From: Fibrobacterota bacterium
GTDB taxonomy: Bacteria > Fibrobacterota > Fibrobacteria > UBA5070
NCBI GenBank assembly: GCA_016715065.1
Contig: JADKBN010000030.1
Coordinates: forward strand, 18,905 to 82,904
Reading direction: 5' to 3'
Length of the DNA stretch: 64,000 bases
Shown piece after piece: positions 9,608-17,859 of the stretch. Position 1 is the first letter of the stretch; the number at the start of each line of letters is the position of its first letter. The translations under genes were made by a program, and so were the position numbers. The notes beneath the pieces were generated by a model. That model saw nothing but the letters and a program-made list of their open reading frames with translations. It ran no database searches and was not told the origin of the DNA.

Positions 9608-11911
9608 ATGCCCGAACTTCAATTGCCCAACGCCGACGCTTCCGATTTCCGAAAACTCGCCGATCGTCTCCAGGCATTGGACATCGCCTACTACCGCGAT
9701 GCCGCCCCCCAGGCCACCGACGCCGAATATGACCTGCTACGGGCCGAATACGACCGTCTGTGCGATGCGGCCGGAATCCCGGAAGCCCAGCGATACACGC
9801 GTTCCGTGGGAGACGACCACGTCACGGGCTTTGAAACCGTGGTCCACGCGCAGAAGATGCTCTCGCTGGAAAAGGCCGCCACCCGGCCCGAGTTCCTGCC
9901 TCCCTCGGGAATCGACGAATCGGTGGCGTTGGTGCAAGCCGAACCCGGCTGGGAGAACGGATCTGCCTGGGGGCGCCTGCGGGCCTGGGCCGAGAGGATC
10001 TCCGAGTCGATCTCGATCTCGGTGGAAGATCTGGACCTGGTGGTCGAACCCAAGATCGACGGCATGTCGGTTTCGCTGGTGTACGAAGGCGGTCGCCTGG
10101 TCCGTGCGGTCACGCGCGGCGACGGCACGCGCGGCGACGTTGTCACCGCCCAGGTGGTGGCCTCGGGCGCGGCGCCGGTAACGATCGCGGAAACACGAAA
10201 GTTCGAGGTGCGCGGGGAACTGTACCTTCCCCTGGAAGCCTTCCGAGAACTGAATCAAAAATTGTCCTCCGCCGGCGAGAAGGAACTGGCCAATCCACGC
10301 AACGCCTGTGCCGGGCTCATGAAGCGAAAGGACGCGTCGAGCCTCGCAGGCACCGGGATCCGGTCGTTTCTGTACTTCATCCCCGCTGGTGAACACCAGA
10401 TGGACCTGCCCGCCTCCCAAGCCGATCGCCTGAAATGGCTCTCGGCTCTGGGGTTCCAAATCCATCCCGATCTCGCGACCTGCAAGGGCATCGATGCTGC
10501 CTACGAGCGATGCCGCACCTTCGTGGAGCGCCGCGATGGATTGGACCACGAAATCGACGGCATGGTGGTGAAGCTCGACGACACCTCGCTGCACGCCGAA
10601 CTGGGCTCCACCGAACACCACCCCCGCTGGGGCATCGCCTACAAGTTCCCCCCCGAACGCAAACCCACGCTGCTGCGCGACATCTCCATCCAGGTGGGGC
10701 GCACCGGTGCACTGACTCCCGTTGCGGAACTGGATCCTGTGCAATTGGCCGGCACCACGGTATCGCGCGCCAGCCTGCACAACCGCACCCACCTGGAAAG
10801 GCTCGATGCCCGCATTGGCGACACGGTGCTGGTGCAGAAGGCAGGCGACATCATCCCCCAGGTGGTGGGTGTGGATCTTTCAAAACGGCCTGCGGGCCTT
10901 GCTCCCTTCGCCTTTCCCATCGCGTGTCCGGAATGCGGCAGCGCCATCGAGAACCGTGGCCGAGGCCAGGATGAACATGGCCGGGAGATCGAGCTTTGGG
11001 CCTGCATCAATGCCGATTCCTGTCCACCGCAGGTGGAAGGAAGGCTTGAGCATTTCGGGTGCCGGAAAGCATTGGACATCGAGGAAATGGGTGCGATCGT
11101 GGCTTCCGCCCTGGTGCGCAAAGGCTTGGTGCGCGAAGTCACCGATGTCTTTTCGCTGGAGCTGGCCACGTTGGGCCAACTCAACCTGGGCACGGACACC
11201 GAGCCCCGCACCTTTGGAGAGAAAAACGCCGCGCGCCTGTTGGAAGCCGCGCGCAAGGCCCGCACGGCGCCATTTTCCAGGTGGATCTATTCCTTGGGGA
11301 TCCACGAAGTCGGAGACTCCGTGTCCAAGGCTCTGGCCACCTGCCACGCCAACTTCACCGAACTGGCTACATCTCCCCTGCTGACAAAAATCGTGGAGCG
11401 CGCGGATCTGGAGGCGCGGCGCAAGGCGTTGGGCGCCCGCACGGAGCAAAACAAGCTTCGCGACGAGGCGGCCAAGGCGGCTGGTAAGGCCGAGCAAGCC
11501 CAACTGAAAGAGCAGATCCAGACTCTGGATCGCGAGCTTTCCCAGGTTCCCTCCGAAGTCGGGCCCTCCGCGGCACGGAGCCTGTTGGAATTTTTCCGCA
11601 CCCCACGCGGAGCGAAGATCCTGGCCGATCTTTCCGAGATCGGGATCTCCCCCGCCACCGAACAACGTCGTCCCACCGTAGGGCCGCTGTCGGGATGGGT
11701 GGTGGTGATCACCGGCACCTTGTCCAAGCCGCGCGAGGCGTTCAAGACCATGCTGGAGGAGGCGGGCGCCAAGGTGACGGATTCCGTCAGCAAGAAGACC
11801 ACCGCGCTGCTGGCAGGCTCCGAAGCCGGATCCAAGCTGGACAAAGCCAAGACCCTGGGGGTGCGGGTTTTGGAGGAGTCCGAATTGGAGGGTCTATTGG
11901 ACGGGAGGTAG
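9608..11911 (+). CDS. ligA: NAD-dependent DNA ligase
   Basis: This is the C-terminal part of ORF 8834-11911, starting at ATG 9608 (MPELQLP). It has the adenylation motif EPKIDGMS, OB and Zn-finger regions (CPECGS..C..DSCP), HhH, and a C-terminal BRCT (VVITGTLSKPREAFK..AGAKVTDSVSKKT). Confidence 0.96.
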   Translation: MPELQLPNADASDFRKLADRLQALDIAYYRDAAPQATDAEYDLLRAEYDRLCDAAGIPEAQRYTRSVGDDHVTGFETVVHAQKMLSLEKAATRPEFLPPSGIDESVALVQAEPGWENGSAWGRLRAWAERISESISISVEDLDLVVEPKIDGMSVSLVYEGGRLVRAVTRGDGTRGDVVTAQVVASGAAPVTIAETRKFEVRGELYLPLEAFRELNQKLSSAGEKELANPRNACAGLMKRKDASSLAGTGIRSFLYFIPAGEHQMDLPASQADRLKWLSALGFQIHPDLATCKGIDAAYERCRTFVERRDGLDHEIDGMVVKLDDTSLHAELGSTEHHPRWGIAYKFPPERKPTLLRDISIQVGRTGALTPVAELDPVQLAGTTVSRASLHNRTHLERLDARIGDTVLVQKAGDIIPQVVGVDLSKRPAGLAPFAFPIACPECGSAIENRGRGQDEHGREIELWACINADSCPPQVEGRLEHFGCRKALDIEEMGAIVASALVRKGLVREVTDVFSLELATLGQLNLGTDTEPRTFGEKNAARLLEAARKARTAPFSRWIYSLGIHEVGDSVSKALATCHANFTELATSPLLTKIVERADLEARRKALGARTEQNKLRDEAAKAAGKAEQAQLKEQIQTLDRELSQVPSEVGPSAARSLLEFFRTPRGAKILADLSEIGISPATEQRRPTVGPLSGWVVVITGTLSKPREAFKTMLEEAGAKVTDSVSKKTTALLAGSEAGSKLDKAKTLGVRVLEESELEGLLDGR

Positions 11912-11948
11912 AGCCGTCTTCGGCACGTCCACCCTTTCGCTGTACCGC

Positions 11949-12151
11949 TCGCCCTTCGAGACGGCCCTGCGGGCCTCCTCAGGACGAACGGCTCCTATGT
12001 TCCCGGACATTTCCTGACTTTCCGTTCGTCCTGAGGAGGTGGCGCAGCCACCGTCTCGAAGGGCGGACGGCTTTTCTGGATTCCCGGGCATTTCTTGATT
12101 TTCCGTTCGTCCTGAGGAGGTGGCGCAGCCACCGTCTCGAAGGGCGGACGG
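11949..12151. repeat. Three copies of a REP/MITE-like hairpin repeat between convergent ligA and the CDF gene
   Basis: The core is CCGTTCGTCCTGAGGAGG-[short palindrome]-CCGTCTCGAAGGGCG(G/A)ACGG. Copies lie at 11949-11991 (inverted), 12019-12070 and 12101-12151 (direct). The last two sit inside a 71-nt unit repeated with an 81-bp period. Confidence 0.85.
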
Positions 12152-12161
12152 AAAGATCCGA

Positions 12162-13145
12162 TCAGCCTTCTTTGCGGTCCTTCCACTGGCTGTGGCGGGT
12201 CTCGCGCTCCTGATCGGGAAGCAGGCATCCGGATTTGCAAGGGGCTCCGCAGGCTCCGTCGCAGGCGTCCACGTGGATGTTGATCGTGCAGTGTTCCCAG
12301 TTGTCCAGAAGCATCCGCTTGAAACTCTTGCCGCGGTTGTGCCCGTCCAGGACGGTGAGGTCCCAATCCACGGCCACATGGGCGTCGATGATCCGTTCCG
12401 GACCCGCCTTGCGGGTCTTGAGGTCGTGGAGGCTGCGGATGTCGCCACGGTCCAAGGCGGCTTTGTGGATGAAGGCGATTTCTTCTTCCGGCAGGGCCTC
12501 GTCCAAAAGTCCTCGAGTGGCCTGGGTGGTGAGCTCCCAGGCGGCGTGGATGATCAACAACGCCACCGCGATGGCGCAGACCGGGTCCACCCAGGAAAGG
12601 TTCACCGAAGGGAAAACGAGTTTGCCGACCCAGATGATCACCAAGCCTGCCAAAACACCGACGGACGTCCAGACGTCTGTCTTCAGATGCATGGCGTCGG
12701 CGATCAAGGCCAAGGAATCGTATTTCTTGCCCACCCGCATGAGGTTGGTGGATACCGCGACGTTGGCTGCCGCGGAAATGGCCATGATCAACATACCCCA
12801 GCCGGGGGCCTCCACCCCGCCACCCACGCGCAGCTTGTGCACCGCCTCGTAGATGATCCAGATGGCCGCCACGAAGATCAGCGCCCCTTCGATGGCCCCG
12901 GAGAGGTTCTCGTACTTGCCATGGCCGTAGGGGTGTTCTTTGTCGGCGGGCTGCCCCGATGCCCTGACGGCAAACCAAGCGATCACGGCCGCCAGAAGGT
13001 CCACCGCGCTATGGATGGCCTCGGAGATCACGGAAACAGACCCGATCGCGAGTCCGGCAACAAGTTTTCCGACCACCAACAAGGTGTTGGAGGCGACGGA
13101 AATCGCGGCCGCCATCGATTTCTCGCGATTTTGCTGTTGGTTCAC
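12162..13145 (-). CDS. Cation diffusion facilitator (CDF) family metal efflux transporter
   Basis: 327 aa. The pattern VASNTLLVVGKLVAGLAIGSVSVISEAIHSAVDLLA..HPYGHGKYE..ADAMHLKTDV is the typical CDF TM2/TM5 metal-site signature. The C-terminal tail is Cys-rich (HVDACDGACGAPCKSGC). Confidence 0.92.
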   Translation of the reverse strand: MNQQQNREKSMAAAISVASNTLLVVGKLVAGLAIGSVSVISEAIHSAVDLLAAVIAWFAVRASGQPADKEHPYGHGKYENLSGAIEGALIFVAAIWIIYEAVHKLRVGGGVEAPGWGMLIMAISAAANVAVSTNLMRVGKKYDSLALIADAMHLKTDVWTSVGVLAGLVIIWVGKLVFPSVNLSWVDPVCAIAVALLIIHAAWELTTQATRGLLDEALPEEEIAFIHKAALDRGDIRSLHDLKTRKAGPERIIDAHVAVDWDLTVLDGHNRGKSFKRMLLDNWEHCTINIHVDACDGACGAPCKSGCLLPDQERETRHSQWKDRKEG

Positions 13146-13191
13146 CGGTGAGCACCCTTTCGTGGTCGTCCGTGCAAAGTAATTTCAGTCC

Positions 13192-13407
13192 GTGTTCAAC
13201 AGCTCGTCCGAACCTCCGGCGCACCCAGGCATTCCTGGCCATCGCAAATGGATCTGTCGCATTTGCGGTTGGATCCTGGACGAATCCTTGGGCGACCCGG
13301 ACCAGGGGATTTCTCCCCATACCCCCTTCGAGCTCTACCCTGCCGAGTGGCGCTGTCCGGAGTGCCGGGTGGGAAAGGGCGAGTTCGCCCCATTCCTGGA
13401 CGGCTAG
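13192..13407 (+). CDS. Rubredoxin
   Basis: WICRICGWILDE..GDPDQGISPHTPFE..WRCPECRVGKGEF carries two CxxC knuckles and the conserved rubredoxin spacing. The N-terminal extension and start are uncertain. Confidence 0.85.
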   Translation: MFNSSSEPPAHPGIPGHRKWICRICGWILDESLGDPDQGISPHTPFELYPAEWRCPECRVGKGEFAPFLDG

Positions 13408-13408
13408 C

Positions 13409-13954
13409 TCAGCGGAGAACTTGCCGGACTCCCACGTGGAGGCCGGTGGAGTCCAAGGTTCCCCCGTTGGCTCCCGGCACTTGGAACAGCACATGCAATT
13501 GCGAGGAGTCCTTTGCCGTGTCGCCCAAGGCCCATTGCACCGCCACCGCGTTGGAATCGATCATGGTCCGCATCCAAGCGGTGATCAGGCCTTGTTGGTC
13601 CACCATGTTTCCACGGAGGGTGGCGTTCCAATCGATGCAACCGGAAACCGATTCCAGGGCACCCCCATGCAGACGCATGGAGTCGCGGTAGCGGTTGGCG
13701 GAAGAATCCATGCTGTGCACGGAACGTTCCAAACGCTCCCTGACCGATGGGTCGGCTTGCGCGGAATCGAGCTTTCCGGTGATCCGCAGCCACTGAAGGG
13801 ACAGACGTTCTTCCTCGGCGGTTTTCCCAACGGAATCCCGCAGCCCAAGCGGGGGGCAGGTCGGCTCCGGAGTTTTGCACGACTGGACCAGCCAAATACT
13901 GGCGATGCAGAAGGCGGCGGTGGCGATCGAACGAATCATGTTGGTTTTCCTCAT
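13409..13954 (-). CDS. Putative lipoprotein, unknown function
   Basis: The ORF is 13409-14008. ATG 13954 gives MRKTNMIRSIATAAFCIASIWLVQSC (signal peptide plus Cys). It starts 7 nt after the stop of the upstream Omp85-like gene. Confidence 0.5.
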   Translation of the reverse strand: MRKTNMIRSIATAAFCIASIWLVQSCKTPEPTCPPLGLRDSVGKTAEEERLSLQWLRITGKLDSAQADPSVRERLERSVHSMDSSANRYRDSMRLHGGALESVSGCIDWNATLRGNMVDQQGLITAWMRTMIDSNAVAVQWALGDTAKDSSQLHVLFQVPGANGGTLDSTGLHVGVRQVLR

Positions 13955-13961
13955 TATCGGA

Positions 13962-15215
13962 TCATCGGACCCGGAATCGTTGGGCCTGGGTCTTCTCGAA
14001 CATCCCAAAGGAGAATGCGAAACCGGCGCCCTGCGCGGGGCTCCAGGTCAGGTTGGTGCGCAGCCTCTCCACGAACGGCACGATCGCGTCCAGTCCCGTG
14101 AACAAGCCGTATTGCGCCTCCAGCGGAGCCTCCCCCCAGGCGGAGGCGACATCCACTCCTCCCACGGCCTGGAGGCCCACATACAAATTCTGTCCGACCA
14201 CAAGGACCGGCTTCACCGGCATGAGAGTCCATCGGACTTCCATCGTGCCCAGATCCTCCGAAGGCGCCACCGCCCAGGCCCCCGGCAGGCCGCGTGCGCT
14301 GTTGGCACCGCCCACGACGTAGGTCTGCCACCGATCCATCCTCCCTTCGCGGTTCTCGAAGAGGTTGGCAAGATGCACCCCCCATCGCGCGCCCAAGGGC
14401 ACCCACAGGCGGGTGTCCGAGAGAACCTGCCAGGCGTCCACCGGCCCCCCGAAGGGGTTTCCGGATTTTTCGAGGGTCAGTTCCTGGTAGATCCCCGAAG
14501 CGGTATTGGACGGATCGTCGCGCCCGTCGAACACCGTTCCACCTCGGAGAGAAGGGATCAGGTCCTGGCGACCTGACAGACAGATTCCGTCACGGTCGGA
14601 GCGGACATCCACGACCTTGGCCTCTCCCAGCAGGCGCAGGAACCGGTCGGTGGGACCCCACAGCCGCACGAACCCCGCGTGCGACAATTCCTGGTATCCC
14701 CGACCATCGTCCCAGCGTTCCGTTCGACCAGCCATGGCCTCCCATCCCAAGGCGAGGCTTCCGAACCTGGAGGCGGTGATGCTCGCCTGGTATTCCAGCG
14801 AATTGCCCACCAAGAACAGGAACTCCCCCGCGATCGCCCTGCCCAGAAGGTTCGGGCTCTTGAGGCCGGCCCCCAGGGAAAGGCCTTCCTCGTCGCTGAG
14901 GCGACCATTGGGCACTGGCAGAAACGTCGGAAGTTCGCGGAACGAAAACACCAAGGTGTCCTGCGCCATGCGGGTCTCCACCGAAGCGAAGATCCCCAAC
15001 GCCTTCAAGCGTCTGATATCTTCGTCGACGACCGGAAATTCCGTGCAGGGGCGGCTTTTGATCTCGGAGCGGACCACCTCGGGGCGTGTGGCGCGCAACC
15101 CTTCCAGGCGCAGTGCCGCGAACCCTTTGGGAAAGGATCGCTCCGGCTCGTTTTGGCAGGAATCCGGAGAGCCCGCAGCTGCGCGAAGGGCCAGCAGAAG
15201 AAAATGGACAAACAA
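13962..15215 (-). CDS. Omp85/BamA-family outer-membrane protein (single POTRA-like region plus beta-barrel)
   Basis: 417 aa with a signal peptide (MFVHFLLLALRAAAG). The N-terminal POTRA-like segment reads LEGLRATRPEVVRSEI..DIRRLKALGIFASVE. The barrel-like C-terminus is rich in alternating aromatic/Gly strands and ends ..GAGFAFSFGMF.... Confidence 0.65.
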   Translation of the reverse strand: MFVHFLLLALRAAAGSPDSCQNEPERSFPKGFAALRLEGLRATRPEVVRSEIKSRPCTEFPVVDEDIRRLKALGIFASVETRMAQDTLVFSFRELPTFLPVPNGRLSDEEGLSLGAGLKSPNLLGRAIAGEFLFLVGNSLEYQASITASRFGSLALGWEAMAGRTERWDDGRGYQELSHAGFVRLWGPTDRFLRLLGEAKVVDVRSDRDGICLSGRQDLIPSLRGGTVFDGRDDPSNTASGIYQELTLEKSGNPFGGPVDAWQVLSDTRLWVPLGARWGVHLANLFENREGRMDRWQTYVVGGANSARGLPGAWAVAPSEDLGTMEVRWTLMPVKPVLVVGQNLYVGLQAVGGVDVASAWGEAPLEAQYGLFTGLDAIVPFVERLRTNLTWSPAQGAGFAFSFGMFEKTQAQRFRVR

Positions 15216-15260
15216 TTCCTATTGCCCCTGTATGGTGTGTAGGATTATATTGATTCGCAT

Positions 15261-15689
15261 ATGAAGGTGACCACCAAGACCATCTACGCCATGCAGATCC
15301 TTCTGGCGCTAGCCGAGCGAGCGAAGTCGTCTCGATCCCCCATCCAACTGCGGGAGATCGCGGAAACCTACAACCTTCCGTTCAAATTTTTGGAACAGAT
15401 CGCCATCGTGCTCAAAGGCGCGGGCTGGATCCATGGCCAGCGGGGGAAGGAAGGGGGGTACATTCTGGCCGTTCCCGCCCAGCAAATCTTGATTTCCGAC
15501 CTCCTCCACCAGTTGGAAGGAGACGCTCCCAAGCGCACCACCATCGGCAATCCCGACGAGGAGGCCATCCACGCCTTGCTGGATCGATGTAGCCAGGCGA
15601 TCGACCAGATCCTTACCCGGACCTCCCTTGCCGACCTCCTCGCCGACACGACCAGTCGTCGGCCGGACTCCCTGGAATACCAGATCTAA
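15261..15689 (+). CDS. Rrf2-family transcriptional regulator (CymR-like position upstream of cys genes)
   Basis: The N-terminal wHTH reads MKVTTKTIYAMQILLALAE..PIQLREIAETYNLPFKFLEQIAIVLKGAGWIHGQRGKEGGY. No Cys-cluster ligands are visible. It ends 18 nt before cysH. Confidence 0.88.
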   Translation: MKVTTKTIYAMQILLALAERAKSSRSPIQLREIAETYNLPFKFLEQIAIVLKGAGWIHGQRGKEGGYILAVPAQQILISDLLHQLEGDAPKRTTIGNPDEEAIHALLDRCSQAIDQILTRTSLADLLADTTSRRPDSLEYQI

Positions 15690-15707
15690 GCCATTGGAGC
15701 ACCAAAC

Positions 15708-16390
15708 ATGAATCTTATCGAACAAAGCGAGGCTCTCGATGGCCTACCTCCTCGGGATATTCTGAAATGGTCCTTCGAGCACCTGCCCAACGTGGTCCTC
15801 ACGACCGCCTGGCAGCCTAGCGGGATCGTGATCCTGGATCTTTTGCACGATCTGGGTTTGCGACCTCCCGTGATTTTCGTGGACACCCTTTTCCAGTTCC
15901 AGGAAACCTCGATCTAGCCCAAGCGCTCCAGGAACGGTATAACCTGGACTTGCGCGTGTTCAAGCCTGCGGGTCTGGCGACGGAATCGGAATTCATCGCG
16001 CGCCACGGAGAAGCTCTTTGGGACCGCGACCTGGATGCCTACCAGGAAATCACCAAGGTGGAACCCATGCGCCGGGCGATGCTGGAAACCGGTGCCCAGG
16101 CCTGGATTTCCGGGCGGCGCAGGGACCAGGGCGGAGACCGGACGGACCTGCCCATCCTGGAGCAGTCCGGCGAGCGGATCAAGGTGAACCCCCTGGCCGC
16201 TTGGACCCGCAAGGAGGTTTGGGGACACATCTTGTCCAGGAATCTCCCGTACAATCCCCTGCACGATCTGGGTTATCCTTCCATCGGCGACCGCCCCCTC
16301 ACCGAAAAAGCCGATGCCGAGGCCGGCGAACGGTCCGGAAGGTGGAAGGGACGTGGCAAGACCGAATGCGGCATCCACACGAATATTTGA
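15708..16390 (+). pseudogene. cysH: Phosphoadenosine phosphosulfate (PAPS) reductase, interrupted by a 1-nt frameshift
   Basis: ORF 15708-15917 gives ..PPVIFVDTLFQFQET then a stop. ORF 15950-16390 gives the rest, up to KTECGIH. Reading frame -1 from 15908 gives ..QETLDLAQALQERYNLDLRVFKP.., a continuous CysH. There is no CC..CxxC Fe-S motif, so it is the PAPS-reductase type. Confidence 0.85.
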
Positions 16391-16405
16391 ATCGATAGAA
16401 TCCAG

Positions 16406-16534
16406 CCCGTTCGTCCTGAGGAGGCCGTAGGCCGTCTCGAAGGGCGAAGCGGGAATACCAGGCGAAAATCAGTAACCATCCGCCTCCGTCCGCCCTTCGA
16501 GACGCCCCCTTCGGGGGCTCCTCAGGACGAACGG
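16406..16534. repeat. Inverted pair of the REP/MITE-like hairpin repeat between cysH and cysD
   Basis: Copies lie at 16406-16453 (direct, central palindrome GGCCGTAGGCC) and 16487-16534 (inverted, central palindrome GCCCCCTTCGGGGGC), separated by 33 nt. Confidence 0.85.
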
Positions 16535-16558
16535 AGCAGAGAGCCTTCCAAGGACTTT

Positions 16559-17491
16559 TTGATGACCACGACCAAGCCAATCATCGAATCGCTCGACGAC
16601 CACCTCGAACATCTCGAGGCGCTGGAAGCCGAGAGCATCCACATCTTCCGCGAAGTCGCCGGCGAATTCGAACGCCCCGCGTTCCTGTTTTCCGGTGGCA
16701 AGGACAGCATCGTGATGCTGCGCCTGGCGGAAAAAGCCTTCCGCCCCGGCAAGTTCCCGTTCCCGCTGGTGCATGTGGACACCGGCCACAACTTCCCGGA
16801 GGTCATCGATTTTCGCGACCGTCGCGCGGCCCAGCTGGGCGAGCGGCTGATCGTGCGCAGCGTGCAGGACTGGATCGACGACGGCCGGATATCCGAAAAG
16901 GCCGGCGAGAACGATTCCCGCAACCGCATGCAGATTCCGGTGCTGTTGGGCGCCATCGCCGAGTTCAAGTTCGATGCCCTGTTCGGTGGCGCGAGACGTG
17001 ACGAGGAGAAGGCCCGCGCCAAGGAGCGGATCCTTTCTTTTCGCGATACCCATGGACAATGGGATCCGAAAAACCAGCGTCCGGAGCTCTGGAATCTCTA
17101 CAACGCCCGCGTGCATCTGGGCGAGCACATCCGGGCCTTTCCGATCTCCAACTGGACGGAACTTGACATCTGGATGTACCTGGCCAAGGAAAATCTGGAG
17201 ATCCCGAGCATCTACTACGCGCACGAGCGCGAGGTGGTCTGGCGCGGGCAGTGGATCCCCATTTCACATCTGCTGGAAGCCAAGCCCGGCGAAAAAATCG
17301 AGCGGCGCGTGGTGCGCTTTCGCACCGTGGGCGACATGACCTGCACGGGCTGCGTGGAAAGCCCGTGCGCCAACGCCTGGGACATCGTGGCGGAAACCGC
17401 CTCCAGCCGCGTGACCGAGCGCGGCTCGCGCGTGGACGACAAAGCTTCGGAAGCGGCCATGGAAGACCGCAAAAAAGAAGGATATTTCTAA
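16559..17491 (+). CDS. cysD: Sulfate adenylyltransferase subunit 2
   Basis: 310 aa. LEALEAESIHIFREV..FSGGKDS..HVDTGHNFPE..FGGARRDEEKARAKERI..WDPKNQRPELWNLYN..FPISNWTELDIW..VRFRT.. is collinear with E. coli CysD. Confidence 0.95.
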   Translation: MMTTTKPIIESLDDHLEHLEALEAESIHIFREVAGEFERPAFLFSGGKDSIVMLRLAEKAFRPGKFPFPLVHVDTGHNFPEVIDFRDRRAAQLGERLIVRSVQDWIDDGRISEKAGENDSRNRMQIPVLLGAIAEFKFDALFGGARRDEEKARAKERILSFRDTHGQWDPKNQRPELWNLYNARVHLGEHIRAFPISNWTELDIWMYLAKENLEIPSIYYAHEREVVWRGQWIPISHLLEAKPGEKIERRVVRFRTVGDMTCTGCVESPCANAWDIVAETASSRVTERGSRVDDKASEAAMEDRKKEGYF

Positions 17492-17523
17492 TGGAAATCC
17501 AGGTTTCCAGCAGCCTAACGCAG

Positions 17524-17569
17524 CCGTTCGTCCTGAGGAGGCCGAAGGCCGTCTCGAAGGGCGAAGGGC
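17524..17569 (+). repeat. REP/MITE-like hairpin repeat copy downstream of cysD
   Basis: The sequence is CCGTTCGTCCTGAGGAGGCCGAAGGCCGTCTCGAAGGGCGAAGGGC, with central palindrome GGCCGAAGGCC. Confidence 0.85.
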
Positions 17570-17859
17570 TCATCAACGAGACGTGATGGGGCCACCTGCT
17601 ACAGGCTGACCCTCTCGCAGGGAGCCAACACTCGGCACAGCACCATGCAGGTGAAGGATCTGTTTGGACCAAAACCCGGCTTCCAGTGACATTGATCTGG
17701 TCAGATTCGTTTCAATCCGGGATGCCTGCGGTTGAACCAGAGTTGGGGGGGTCGGGCGAAAAAGCGCCTGCCAACGGTGACCTTGTTTCGGTTCGCATTC
17801 TCGCATCGGGAAGCTCAGACCCGATCGGCCCCGACGAAGGGAGAAAGGAATGCTCTTTA

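Noticed and set aside
12000-12163. Possible CRISPR array (regularly spaced repeats)
   Set aside because: There are only two units. The spacer is 10 nt and the flanks are also duplicated. There are no cas genes. The repeat belongs to the dispersed REP-like family.
17570-17859. 290-nt untranslated gap before cysNC as a possible riboswitch or leader
   Set aside because: I could not recognise any known riboswitch consensus or a convincing conserved fold by eye. The upstream ORF extension (MTLIWSDS..) is not CysN-like.
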